64,000 bases of DNA from Candidatus Woesearchaeota archaeon (GCA_016180085.1 JACPBX010000003.1:32001-96000), one strand, 5' to 3'; shown: positions 9,519 to 18,842, numbered from the stretch's first letter. Numbers and translations: made by a program. Notes: a model not told the origin generated them from the sequence alone.

Positions 9519-11720
9519 TTATTTCGCAAAATTCAGATTTACCTTGTTAATCTCATCCAAACCGTCAAGGCCGTTCATCTTTATCATCCTGTCTGAAAGG
9601 GTGTAAAGCACATCATCCATGTAGAGGCTTCTTTTCACGTCATATTCCGAGCGGAAGTAGTAGCCGCTCTTTAGCAAAGCTTCCCTTCCTTCCTCGCCGT
9701 CAAGGTGCGTTATCCTGCCCTTCAGCCCAAAGCCATTTTCGGTGTCAAGGCTGAACACGTAAGCCCCTTGCCACACATACTCGCCATAAGCGTAAGGCGG
9801 CACCTTGCCTTCAGCATATCTGCTTTCATCAATCTCAGCCAGCAGCACAGGAATTACCAGCAGGTTCTTTTGCCTGCTGAACAGGAATGCCTTGTGGTCC
9901 TGCAGCGCATAGGAGTCTGTTCCGCGGTCTCCAATGTTGTACTTCGCAACCTCCCTCGGATTTTCAGGGTCTGAAACATCAAACAGCGCCAGCTTTATGC
10001 CCTGGTACCATGCAAAGTCTCCGGTTTCAGCCTCTGCTGCTTCCTTTCCCAGGCCGATGACGTGGTTTTCGTCGTAAGGATGGAGGTAGTCTGAGTAGCC
10101 CGGTATCTTCAGCTTGCCCAGCACCCTGGGCGCAGTCGGCTCGCTCAAATCAATCACGAAGAGCGGGTCAACCTTCTTAAAAGTGACCATGTATGCCCTG
10201 TCTCCCATGAACCTCGCAGAGTAAATCTTCTCTCCCGGAGCCAGGTCCTCAACAGCCCCGACAACTTTAAGGCTTTTGTCAAGAACATATATGTGGTTTT
10301 GCGATCTTGCCCCTCCTTCAAACCGTGAAACCTGCCCTGTTGTTGTGGCTATCCTAAAATAGCTGTCGTGCTCATCCATTGAGAACTGGTTCAGCACATG
10401 GCCTGGAACACTGCCTTGGCCTTCATAGTCTATCCTGCCGCTGCTTATCGCTATCTTGTGCACTACTGTCTTTTCAGTTTCCTTCGCAAGCTTCTCCTCA
10501 AAAGCTACCATTCTTTGCTGAGCCTTTTCCTCAAGTTGCTTTGTTTCCTCCTTATTCAGGCTGCTGACGTACTTGTTTAGCGCTTCTCCAATCTGCCGAG
10601 TTTTCTCTCCGGCTTCAATGGCTGATTTCCTTATCTCGCCTATTCTGGCAGCGACAATTCCGGGAACTACCGGGACAACAACCTCGTCTATTATGTTGTC
10701 CATCGTGTAAAAGTCATTCCATTTCGTGTACGTGATGTAAATGTTGCCCAAAGATACGTACATGTTCTGCGCGCTTCCTGAAAGGAACGTCTTGCTTGTG
10801 TAGTCCTCAGCGTTGTTTTGGGTGTTTACCGAGATTATGTTCACGTAATTGTAGTTATAGTCAGGGCTGTCAAAGTAGTAGATGTCTGCTGCAGCCACTT
10901 CCCTGGCAGCTGCGTTGCCCTCGCTTATGATTGGAAGAGGAACCGGCTGAGGCTCGTAATAGTACACTTGTTGACTGGCAACTGCATAAACATAGTCGCC
11001 AATCATCCTGGCATCGTGATAGTTGCCGCTGACTGTCAGGTTTCTTGCAAGCACAGGGCTTTCCCTGTTGCTTATGTCGTAAACTTCCATGAGCATGAAT
11101 GTTCCAGAGTACCTTATTGGCCGCTTAACCACTGCAGGGCTTGCAATGCTCACGCCAACAGTGCCAATAGATGTCTCTTCTAGACCGTTGCCGTAGCTGT
11201 AGTCCTGCCCAAGCACAACCAGCCTGTCCTTGTTCACAAAAATCTCGGCAGGGTTTCCTTTCAGTGCAGTTTCAGAAACAACCCTTGCGTTTTCAGCAGG
11301 ATAAGCATCAACAATGACCAGCTTATTGCCGGCTATAGTGTAGATGTATTTGCCATCGTTCTTAACAATATCAGCTTCATCAACGCCTTCAACCTGTATG
11401 TTCGTTGCTGAGAAGTCATCAGACCTTACTGCCGCAGCAGCTGACGACTCAGCAACAGTGCTGGTTGCCATGGTAGTGGCAAATGCCTGCGTTTTTGCAA
11501 ATGAGCTTCCAAATCCCCCATTAAAGCCGCTGCTGTAACTAAGCTTTTCACGGCTCGCTTTTAGAAAATCAGTCAGCTCATCATAAGAATTAAACTTCTT
11601 CAGCCGATTCTGCCCTTCAGTGCCTGGCTGGCTGCCTGCGAACAGCAGCGCCCCGCCTATGAAGCCAACAAAGACCAATGCCAATGCCGCCAGTGCAAAA
11701 TTCTTGTTCATAACCATCAC
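9519..11720 (-). CDS. Secreted beta-propeller domain protein (Beta_propel/COG4880-like)
   Basis: N-terminal TM; motifs SATNIQVEGVDEADIVKNDGKYIY, NQFSMDE, IYSARFMGDRAYMVTFKKVDPLFVIDLS, LKIPGYSDYLHPYD. Confidence 0.92.
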   Translation of the reverse strand: MMVMNKNFALAALALVFVGFIGGALLFAGSQPGTEGQNRLKKFNSYDELTDFLKASREKLSYSSGFNGGFGSSFAKTQAFATTMATSTVAESSAAAAVRSDDFSATNIQVEGVDEADIVKNDGKYIYTIAGNKLVIVDAYPAENARVVSETALKGNPAEIFVNKDRLVVLGQDYSYGNGLEETSIGTVGVSIASPAVVKRPIRYSGTFMLMEVYDISNRESPVLARNLTVSGNYHDARMIGDYVYAVASQQVYYYEPQPVPLPIISEGNAAAREVAAADIYYFDSPDYNYNYVNIISVNTQNNAEDYTSKTFLSGSAQNMYVSLGNIYITYTKWNDFYTMDNIIDEVVVPVVPGIVAARIGEIRKSAIEAGEKTRQIGEALNKYVSSLNKEETKQLEEKAQQRMVAFEEKLAKETEKTVVHKIAISSGRIDYEGQGSVPGHVLNQFSMDEHDSYFRIATTTGQVSRFEGGARSQNHIYVLDKSLKVVGAVEDLAPGEKIYSARFMGDRAYMVTFKKVDPLFVIDLSEPTAPRVLGKLKIPGYSDYLHPYDENHVIGLGKEAAEAETGDFAWYQGIKLALFDVSDPENPREVAKYNIGDRGTDSYALQDHKAFLFSRQKNLLVIPVLLAEIDESRYAEGKVPPYAYGEYVWQGAYVFSLDTENGFGLKGRITHLDGEEGREALLKSGYYFRSEYDVKRSLYMDDVLYTLSDRMIKMNGLDGLDEINKVNLNFAK

Positions 11721-11816
11721 CTTCTCGTCTGAAAATCGTTTGATAAACTGCCGGTAAGACGCTCTTTTATTTATAACCCCAAGTAGGCTTCAATTTGGCT
11801 TGAAGTTATGGCATGG

Positions 11817-12497
11817 TCAGCTTTGCCTTGACCTTTCCCTGATTACATCGTAAATCAGGTACACAACTAGGGCAAACAAAGCCCCAACAGCAAACCACAA
11901 GGCTATGTTTGCGGGCTGCTGGACCGTTTGCACAACCACTTCCCTGATTACAGGAGATGCTGTTGCATTCGCAACCCCTTCCGCAGCCTCAGATGCAGCT
12001 TTTGCCGCTTGAGGAACAACTGCTTCAGCAGCCTTTTGCGCAATTTGCTGTGCAGAATATGATGCTGTAAAGCTTCTGCCTATCGCTCCTTGCTGCAGAA
12101 CGCTAAAAAGCTGTATGGCAATCCCTGTAGCAGCCACTACCCCAACAACCGGCAGAATCCTCTTGAGCTTATTAGCTAAGCTCTCAGTAGCAGTGGCTTT
12201 AGGCGCAATAATGATGTACTTGTTGGCGAGGCTGTAATGCAGCACCTCACGTCCTTTCGGTGAGTAGTGGAACTCCTCCGCCTTTACAATTCCGCTCTGC
12301 AGAAGCTGCTTAAGGTTGTAATGCACAGTCGAAAGGGGCATCCTCAGGTCCTTTGCTACCTCTGTTTCTGTCGCGTGCTTCTCCTTTACGGCCAGGTAAT
12401 CAAGGATTCTCCTGCATACGTCGTTGCTGACTATCTGCGCAAGCTGCTTCGCCCTGCTCTCTTCCAGCGAAACCAGCAAAAAATTCTTTGAGGCCAT
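11817..12497 (-). CDS. ArsR-family wHTH transcription regulator with two C-terminal TM helices
   Basis: RRILDYL...TETEVAKDLRMPLSTVHYNLKQLLQSGIV wHTH; hydrophobic ILPVVGVVAATGIAIQLF and IALWFAVGALFALVVYLIY. Confidence 0.88.
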   Translation of the reverse strand: MASKNFLLVSLEESRAKQLAQIVSNDVCRRILDYLAVKEKHATETEVAKDLRMPLSTVHYNLKQLLQSGIVKAEEFHYSPKGREVLHYSLANKYIIIAPKATATESLANKLKRILPVVGVVAATGIAIQLFSVLQQGAIGRSFTASYSAQQIAQKAAEAVVPQAAKAASEAAEGVANATASPVIREVVVQTVQQPANIALWFAVGALFALVVYLIYDVIRERSRQS

Positions 12498-12674
12498 GGC
12501 AGCCAAAGCATTAACAACGCCTATAAATATCCTTTCAAAGCTTCAAGCGCGATTGCAGTTATTAATTTATACTAGCCCGACTAACCAGTGTATGGAGGAA
12601 ATAAGGCTTTCCTCCCGGCAAGGCATGTCGCACTCACTTTTCAGCATAGTGCCTAAATTATTCGTGGAGCCAAA

Positions 12675-13232
12675 ATGAAAACCTCAAAAACAAGCCAAAA
12701 CCGCTTCATAACCCTTCTTCTGACAGGCACTCCAGGCACCGGAAAGACGTGGCTGGCTAAAAAACTCTCACTTTTACTGGATTATGCGTACTTTGATGTT
12801 GGCTTGTTCATGAAGAAGGCTCGCCTTTACAGCAGCTACGACAGGAAAAGGCGCACCTACGTTGTAGACGAGGCAAAACTGGCCAGTTCACTCATAAAAG
12901 TGAGGGAAAAGTCTCTGGAAGCCTTTAAAGCCTCTAAAACAGGCAAAAAGGGCATAATTTTCGACTCTCACATGTCTCACTGCCTGCCTTCCAAGTACTC
13001 TGATTTGTGCATTGTGACAAGCTGCGGCTTAAAAACCCTTCAGCAGCGGCTAAGAAGGAAGGGCTACAGCCAGGCAAAGGTAAGGGAAAACCTGGATGCT
13101 GAGATCTTCGATACGTGCCTTTCCGAGGCGCAGGAAAACGGCCATAAAGTCCTGAACTTTGACAGCACCGCAGCCAAAAATTCTGATGTAAAAGCTCTTG
13201 CAGGCCGCATAAAGAAACTAGTCCGGACTTAG
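12675..13232 (+). CDS. Archaeal Fap7/AK6-type adenylate kinase
   Basis: P-loop LTGTPGTGKT, IIFDSHMSH (hhh-D-S-H), LQQRLRRKGYSQAKVRENLDAEI. Confidence 0.9.
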   Translation: MKTSKTSQNRFITLLLTGTPGTGKTWLAKKLSLLLDYAYFDVGLFMKKARLYSSYDRKRRTYVVDEAKLASSLIKVREKSLEAFKASKTGKKGIIFDSHMSHCLPSKYSDLCIVTSCGLKTLQQRLRRKGYSQAKVRENLDAEIFDTCLSEAQENGHKVLNFDSTAAKNSDVKALAGRIKKLVRT

Positions 13233-13268
13233 TCCGGATTCAGTCCGGACTTAGTTCGTTAACGAACT
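13219..13268. repeat. Array 1: three 11-bp tandem units with palindromic core AGTCCGGACT, plus a 16-bp palindrome
   Basis: tagtccggact tagtccggatt cagtccggact, then agttcgttaacgaact (13253-13268). Confidence 0.9.
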
Positions 13269-13948
13269 TCCTCCAAACTGTTTTTTTCAGCCAAAATTAC
13301 CTTCTTCGAGCCCTTTTCGCTGTGCCTTATCATCCTTTTGTGCTTTAGCTCCCTAAAATAATCGTAGAATGCAGTCCTTCCGCACAGCGCCTTCTCTCCG
13401 ACGATGATTTCCTCAATTTCCCTTGTTGAGTGGGTTTCTTTTGCTGCAATTTCAAGGATTTGTTTCAGTATGTAATCTTTTCGCCTGCTCCTTATAGCCG
13501 TTACGACCTTGTTTTCAAAATAAGTCCGTTTTCGGTCCGGATTTAGTTCGGATTTAGTTCGGATTAAGTCCGGAAACGAACTTGTTTTTGCCTCTTTCAG
13601 CCCCGCTTTTAGCTCTTCCCTAAGGCCTTGTATTGCTGCTTTAAGCTCCGAAGCGTCTGCCTTTAGCCCTGCAATCAGGGTTTTGTGCTCTCCCAGCTCC
13701 CTTTGGGTCTTGGTGTGCCTTTGTTCGTTGAGCAGGTCCTTGTGCTTAAGGAATTTGACCCACGAGCTTAGCAGGGTAATGTCTTGCTTTACCTTTGAGA
13801 ACGCAGCTACGACCTTTCCTTCAATCACCGCAAAAGGGGATATAGAAAGCTCACCGGAAGGCCTTTCCTGCCAACCCACCTGCCGCTCCTCTCGTCTTTT
13901 CTCACTTCTTCTGCTTCTTGCGCCGAAAAGTAGGTCCAGAATTCCCAT
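13259..13948 (-). CDS. Coiled-coil protein with C-terminal winged-helix-like DNA-binding domain
   Basis: Start MGILDLLFG at 13948, 25 bp from a TATA box; heptads HKTLIAGLKADASELKAAIQGLREELK; C-terminus ILKQILEIAAKETHSTREIEEIIVGEKALCGRTAFYDYFRELKHKRMI. Confidence 0.8.
   Translation of the reverse strand: MGILDLLFGARSRRSEKRREERQVGWQERPSGELSISPFAVIEGKVVAAFSKVKQDITLLSSWVKFLKHKDLLNEQRHTKTQRELGEHKTLIAGLKADASELKAAIQGLREELKAGLKEAKTSSFPDLIRTKSELNPDRKRTYFENKVVTAIRSRRKDYILKQILEIAAKETHSTREIEEIIVGEKALCGRTAFYDYFRELKHKRMIRHSEKGSKKVILAEKNSLEEVR
13522..13582. repeat. Array 2: five degenerate 11-bp tandem units inside the wHTH gene
   Basis: aagtccgtttt cggtccggatt tagttcggatt tagttcggatt aagtccggaaa cgaact. 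Confidence 0.85.
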
Positions 13949-13972
13949 GGTTGAGGTTATACTGTAGGAAAC

Positions 13973-13984
13973 GTATTTAAATAC
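13973..13984 (-). promoter_or_regulatory. Archaeal TATA box for the coiled-coil/wHTH gene
   Basis: gtatttaaatac palindrome about 25 bp upstream of ATG 13948. Confidence 0.6.
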
Positions 13985-14129
13985 TTTGCCCACAGGAGAA
14001 AAAGTGAGCATTTTTGCTTCATTATGCTTCACTACAGCAACTGCCTGCCCTGTGTTGAGGCGATTGCAGTTGCCAAATACGTCAAAACAGGTCAAAATAG
14101 TTCGCATAAAAATCTAAAAGTGAGGGTTT

Positions 14130-15194
14130 ATGAGGAATCAGATTGCAGCAATAGAGCTTAGGGCGCTTGTGGGTGAGCTTAAGCAGCTTGAAGGCTCTTG
14201 GCTGGACCAGGTTTATGATTTGGAGGCAGCCGAAGCTAAGCCCGGCAAGGCGCTGGTGTTCCAGCTTAACAAAAGTGAGGGTAAAAGGTTTCTTGTCTGC
14301 CTGGCTCCTTCTTCGGTGTTCTTCTCGGTGAACAAGCCTGCGACCGCAGAGAAGCAGAGCGGCTTTTGCAGCACGCTGAGGCATCATCTGGGTAATGCCA
14401 GGTTGGTTTCAATCAGCCAGCCCGGCTCTGAGCGCATCCTTGAGCTTGTTTTCTCGTCGAGAAATCAGCAAAGGCAGCTTAGGCTTGTTATTGAACTTTT
14501 CAGCAAGGGCAACGTAATCCTGGCAGATGAGAAAGGCGTTATTCTGGGCTGTGCTGAGCACCAGGCGTGGAAGGACAGGACGGTAAAGCCGGGCTACACA
14601 TACTCTCTCCCTCCAGCCACTGCTGACTTTGCAGCTATGGCACAGGAGCAATTTGCCAAGGCAGTTTTGTCGTCGGGAAAAGACTCTGTGGTGAAGGCGC
14701 TGGCTGTCGACCTTGGCCTTTCCGGATTTTATGCTGAAGAGCTCTGTTTGGCAGCAGCTATTGCGAAAGACAAAAAGCCGCAGCAGCTGTCCCAGCAGGA
14801 CTTAAGCAGCCTTTATTCGGCATTGCAGCAATTGCTGTCCAGGAAGCAGCCAATAAACGCTGCCTTGGAGGCAAAAGCCGCAGCCCATATTGCTGAAACT
14901 TCCTTGTCGTCTAAAACTGCACCTTACTCAAGGCAGATGAAAGAGCTTGAGATTGCTGTTGAGCGGCAGAAAACAGCTGTTTCTGAGCTGGGTAAGGCTG
15001 CGCAGGAAGCCACCAAAGCAGCCGAGTTCATCTACGAGCACTACATGGAAATCAGGCAAATTCTTGACGACTACAACAGGCTACGCAAGACATTTACTCC
15101 TGAACAGCTTAGGGAGTATTTCAGCAGCAACAAGCTTATCAAATCCATCGACGAGAAAACAGGCCAGATTGCGCTTGAGATTGGCAACGATTAA
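14130..15194 (+). CDS. NFACT/Rqc2 (FbpA-like) family protein, short form
   Basis: IELRALVGELKQLEGSWLDQVY; FCSTLRHHLGNARLVSISQPGSERIL; LVIELFSKGNVILAD; HhH GLSGFYAEELC; coiled-coil C-terminus. Confidence 0.9.
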   Translation: MRNQIAAIELRALVGELKQLEGSWLDQVYDLEAAEAKPGKALVFQLNKSEGKRFLVCLAPSSVFFSVNKPATAEKQSGFCSTLRHHLGNARLVSISQPGSERILELVFSSRNQQRQLRLVIELFSKGNVILADEKGVILGCAEHQAWKDRTVKPGYTYSLPPATADFAAMAQEQFAKAVLSSGKDSVVKALAVDLGLSGFYAEELCLAAAIAKDKKPQQLSQQDLSSLYSALQQLLSRKQPINAALEAKAAAHIAETSLSSKTAPYSRQMKELEIAVERQKTAVSELGKAAQEATKAAEFIYEHYMEIRQILDDYNRLRKTFTPEQLREYFSSNKLIKSIDEKTGQIALEIGND

Positions 15195-15550
15195 GTTGTG
15201 GTCCCAGTGGGTGCGTTCTGCGCTTGGTATTGTGGAGAATTTTTTTCAATTTCGGCGATTCTGTCGGTCAGTTCTTCCACTTTGTGACTCGCCATAACCG
15301 CTTTTACTGTGTGGTATATGGCATATCCCAAAATTAAAGCCCCAGTGCTCATTTCAAAAGCCCGTGCCCAATAAGGATAGGATTCTCCGTTTGCTACTGT
15401 GTTAACAGCATTATTAACTGCATCATATACTAAATTCCCACCTAAAGCAAAACCAATAAAGCCTTTTATACGTCCATCAATGCTCCTCTCGTTCCAAGTT
15501 TCTTTTTGGGTTTCTAGCACCTGCAATTCAATGTTTTCGTCTTCCGTCAT
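15191..15550 (-). CDS. Hypothetical membrane protein (2 TM)
   Basis: Hydrophobic segments GFIGFALGGNLVY and GALILGYAIYHTV. Confidence 0.65.
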   Translation of the reverse strand: MTEDENIELQVLETQKETWNERSIDGRIKGFIGFALGGNLVYDAVNNAVNTVANGESYPYWARAFEMSTGALILGYAIYHTVKAVMASHKVEELTDRIAEIEKNSPQYQAQNAPTGTTT

Positions 15551-15620
15551 ATTACGTTAGTTTTCCAGTACTTTTATTTAAACTTTTCTATAATTTATTA
15601 CTTATTAGTAATTACGTATT

Positions 15621-16187
15621 TCAGTAGTAGAAGTCCTTAAAGGCTGCTTCTTTTGCCGTTTCTTTTCCTCCCTTCGCAGCTGTCGCCTTTGCCTGCATCT
15701 TCCCGAACAGCGAGATAAAGACGTCCTTCTCAACAGCTATTCCCGCTGCCGTCAGCGCATCCGCGAGATTGTAGCCGGAATAATCCGTAGCTGCATCGTA
15801 TTCCAGCAGCTTTTTTGCTGTGTAGCTGCAAAGAAAGCCATCGTTGAGGGCGATTACGATATTTTTGCCTTTGTCGTCGAGAAACTCAGTATTTTCTACT
15901 GCTGTTTTATGGCTGTTACTGTCGTTTATTCCGTGATTTCTCAGCTCCAGCCGAATCAGCTCTGCCGCTATCTCCCTGAAGCTGCTTTTGCCTATCCATT
16001 GCCGTAATGCCTGTTCGCCTGTAAGCCCCAGGAACGCCCCTAAAGCCTCACTTTTTGCCTTTTCAGGCCTTATTAGCCTGCCAAGGTATTTTGACACCTT
16101 CTGGCGAGGGCCTGAGCCTGTCCAGCTGTTTGCAACGAGGTAGGCATACTCCTTTCCGGAAATCCGCTTTATTCTTACGAAAACCAT
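15621..16187 (-). CDS. Hypothetical protein with basic N-terminal beta-hairpin (probable nucleic-acid binding)
   Basis: MVFVRIKRISGKEYAYLVANSWTGSGPRQKVSKYLG; no DDE motif evident. Confidence 0.75.
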   Translation of the reverse strand: MVFVRIKRISGKEYAYLVANSWTGSGPRQKVSKYLGRLIRPEKAKSEALGAFLGLTGEQALRQWIGKSSFREIAAELIRLELRNHGINDSNSHKTAVENTEFLDDKGKNIVIALNDGFLCSYTAKKLLEYDAATDYSGYNLADALTAAGIAVEKDVFISLFGKMQAKATAAKGGKETAKEAAFKDFYY

Positions 16188-16305
16188 TCCAATCAGCCAA
16201 TCCAATTTTAGGCACTAGGTGATATATTAAGCTTGTGGCGTGCCAACTGCAATTGCTGCAGATTTGGCCTTAAAATATCTAAAAGCCGTGTTTCCAGTCT
16301 AAGAA

Positions 16306-16758
16306 TTACCTGTGCGGCTCAGCCCTTTTCCTGTAATGGTTTCTGGGGGTTCTCTGGGCAGTCTTTGGCGCTGGCCGGGCGCGTGGAGTAGCGCCTTCTC
16401 GCGTTATGCCCCTGTGGAATGGTATCCTCATTTGCGTGGCAACGTAAATCATCTGCGGTTTTTGTTTTTGCCCCCATTCTTTGAGCGTTCTTGCTACACT
16501 ATCTTCGAGCGGCGACGGCTTTCCCCATCCCATTCCCGGTAAATGCCTCATTAATGCTGCGTTGTAATAAGCAGCGTAATCACTAAGAGCAACTGCCGCA
16601 CCCATTGCCGCCTTGTAGGTGCGGCCGCCTGATGGGTTGTAAACCATAAGGTCTGGGCGACTCGTGCTTAGTTTAAAAGTTTTACTGGAGCTTGGTGTTT
16701 TCCTGGCTGTAAAAGGGAAATAGAACTCTTCAGATTCTTGCCCACATAATCTTTTCAT
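16306..16758 (-). CDS. Hypothetical protein
   Basis: 150-aa ORF co-oriented with neighbours; start uncertain. Confidence 0.5.
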   Translation of the reverse strand: MKRLCGQESEEFYFPFTARKTPSSSKTFKLSTSRPDLMVYNPSGGRTYKAAMGAAVALSDYAAYYNAALMRHLPGMGWGKPSPLEDSVARTLKEWGQKQKPQMIYVATQMRIPFHRGITREGATPRARPAPKTAQRTPRNHYRKRAEPHR

Positions 16759-17692
16759 AGAACAATTTTCCTTTCTGCGTGGTGATGCTTAAAAAAGTTG
16801 GAAAGTACTTTTCACTTTCAGGCAGCAAGGCGAACTTGAACTTTGCAAGCCTCTGAGGCATGACCGGCTTCAGTCTGTGCATGGCATCCTCCACCTGCTG
16901 CTGACCTAAGTCTTTGGTTGTAACTGCGGGAATGCCGTATGAATCGGTTTTGTATGGAGCTTTGCGTTGGCTGCCAAGCTTGAATACTCCTATTGCGCGT
17001 TCTGTTTCTATCTTGAATCCTCCAAAGGCAAACTGCTGGCGTCTTTGCACCCTTACACAGGTGACTCCACTTCCGCTTTCTCCATTCTTTCCTGCCACAT
17101 ACAGGTCTGCCAGCACAGAGTCAGGAACAAGTAACTGCAAGCCAAGCTCCGGAAGCAGCCATGCGAAATGCTGCCTTATGTAGCTCGGCGCTATTATAGT
17201 TACGTCGAGTCCTTGCTCTTCCACAAGGCGCCCGAACCGCTGTCCGGATTTTCCTATGAGTTCTGTATCGTTGGTAATGAGGTAGCTTTTCCCAAACCTC
17301 TGTGCAACTATTCTTGCCTCCAATGCCAGCCGTTTGTCTGTTGGGCTGAGGTTAAGGTTGGATACCACTGGCGCATCAGGCTCTGAGAATTGCCTTGTAG
17401 GGAATGAGGTGCTGGTTTCCTCGATTATCTGTCCAAGTGACCGGGGAACCCACGGCACTTTCTCGCTTTCAGGAATTGTCGGTTCAGCTCGCCAGAAATT
17501 CTCGTATTCCGTAATAACAGGGCTTATCATGCGTATTCTTATTCCTTTGAGGTTAAGCCACCTTGCTGCCAGCATGCCATAAAGCCCCCTGGTCGCGAGC
17601 TGCAAGAGGAACCACGTATCGGCTATTGCCAGTGCAGAGGGGTCATCAATCCTGTCGTAGGCTTCCCTTATTTTGGCCCCAACGTTCACCAT
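16730..17692 (-). CDS. PIN-domain protein with unknown C-terminal domain (paralogue A)
   Basis: IADTWFLL ... ITEYE ... LSPTDKRL ... YLITNDTEL acidic tetrad; own TTTAAATA box at 17722-17729. Confidence 0.7.
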   Translation of the reverse strand: MVNVGAKIREAYDRIDDPSALAIADTWFLLQLATRGLYGMLAARWLNLKGIRIRMISPVITEYENFWRAEPTIPESEKVPWVPRSLGQIIEETSTSFPTRQFSEPDAPVVSNLNLSPTDKRLALEARIVAQRFGKSYLITNDTELIGKSGQRFGRLVEEQGLDVTIIAPSYIRQHFAWLLPELGLQLLVPDSVLADLYVAGKNGESGSGVTCVRVQRRQQFAFGGFKIETERAIGVFKLGSQRKAPYKTDSYGIPAVTTKDLGQQQVEDAMHRLKPVMPQRLAKFKFALLPESEKYFPTFLSITTQKGKLFYEKIMWARI

Positions 17693-17756
17693 AATCCTGT
17701 GGGACTGTTTGGTACTATTTATATTTAAAGCATATCGTGTGTAGACAGTATCTGTT

Positions 17757-18842
17757 TTACCTTATTCTTGCCCATTCGACGAACAGGTAAGCTTTCCTTA
17801 TTAAATCGCCCATTGTAAAAATAAGCCGTTCCTGTTGATAGGGCTTAGAGAAGTCAATGCCACTGCCTTTGACCATGCGTGCTAAGGCAGCAGGGTCAGA
17901 AGCGGCATCTTTTACTTTCCTCAGTTTTTTCATGTGCTCTCTAGTACCGATTGTTATTCTTTCTCTTTGAAGAATCTCAGTAAGCCCCCTGTGCCTGGCA
18001 GAGACAACAGCTATTTTTTCAGGGAAGCTGTCTAGCGTTGCAGCAAAGTTTCCAAATTCCAGGTTTACTGCTTTATAGTCCTGCTCTTTTCCTTCTGCTA
18101 AATCAAACAGCGCATTTGCCATTATTATTGGCACGTCATATCGCCTTTCTTCGCTTCGCATTTTGCCCCATTTGAATCTCAGCTCCATTGCAGTGTCGAA
18201 CCTGTAATACTTTCCGCCGTAGCTGAACGGTTCTTTTCTGCTAACTGCGAGGAATGGCATGCCATCCCCTTTTAGCTCTCCTGAGGCAAGCCTGGCAATG
18301 TCTGCTAGGACAGGTGCTCTTATGAGTAGCTCAAGGTCAAGCTCAGGCAGAAGGCCAGCTATGTTTCTTTCAACGCTGTCCGGAGTAATGCAGGTTATGC
18401 TATTTGCGAAAGGGCTAGTCCTTAGAACAGGCGGTATGTCATAGTCTGCCGTGGCAACATAAACTTTTGCTCGTGTTTCTGCTGCTCTTCCTACGGCAGC
18501 CTCAGCAACTTTCACATCAGTTCCGCTTAGCTGTTTTGGAGGGTTGCTCATAAATGCACGCGCAGCAAACCCGACTTGTGCCTTACCCATAGTTTCAAGG
18601 GGCGCTTGTGCTTTCGGGATGCCCTCCCTGTCAGGGCTGCCATATCTGTGAAGAGTTCTGTATTCCGCTTCAACTTGACTTGTGAAAACCAAACCGAGAT
18701 TTTTCTTGCTTGCCCACTCTGCCGCCAGCAATGCCCATAGCCGTCTTCCTAAAAGGTCAACTACGAACGAAGTGTCTACTATGATCCTTTCATTTCCTTC
18801 CAGTTTAAGCGCTTCTTTCAGGGCGTGCTCAAGAGTGTTCAT
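17757..18842 (-). CDS. PIN-domain protein with unknown C-terminal domain (paralogue B)
   Basis: IIVDTSFVV ... SQVEAE ... LSGTDVKV ... VATADYD acidic tetrad; own TTTAAATA box at 18865-18872. Confidence 0.8.
   Translation of the reverse strand: MNTLEHALKEALKLEGNERIIVDTSFVVDLLGRRLWALLAAEWASKKNLGLVFTSQVEAEYRTLHRYGSPDREGIPKAQAPLETMGKAQVGFAARAFMSNPPKQLSGTDVKVAEAAVGRAAETRAKVYVATADYDIPPVLRTSPFANSITCITPDSVERNIAGLLPELDLELLIRAPVLADIARLASGELKGDGMPFLAVSRKEPFSYGGKYYRFDTAMELRFKWGKMRSEERRYDVPIIMANALFDLAEGKEQDYKAVNLEFGNFAATLDSFPEKIAVVSARHRGLTEILQRERITIGTREHMKKLRKVKDAASDPAALARMVKGSGIDFSKPYQQERLIFTMGDLIRKAYLFVEWARIR

Noticed and set aside
13219-13582. CRISPR array or canonical archaeal ORB origin
   Set aside because: Units are 11 bp with no spacers, no cas genes are present, and there is no TTCCAGTGGAAA/G-string ORB consensus or cdc6 in the window.
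15621-16187. IS1634-like transposase, suggested by the N-terminal RIKRISGKEYAYLV...RQK...YLG motif
   Set aside because: The protein is too short, no DDE catalytic domain is evident, and no terminal inverted repeats or target duplications were seen.
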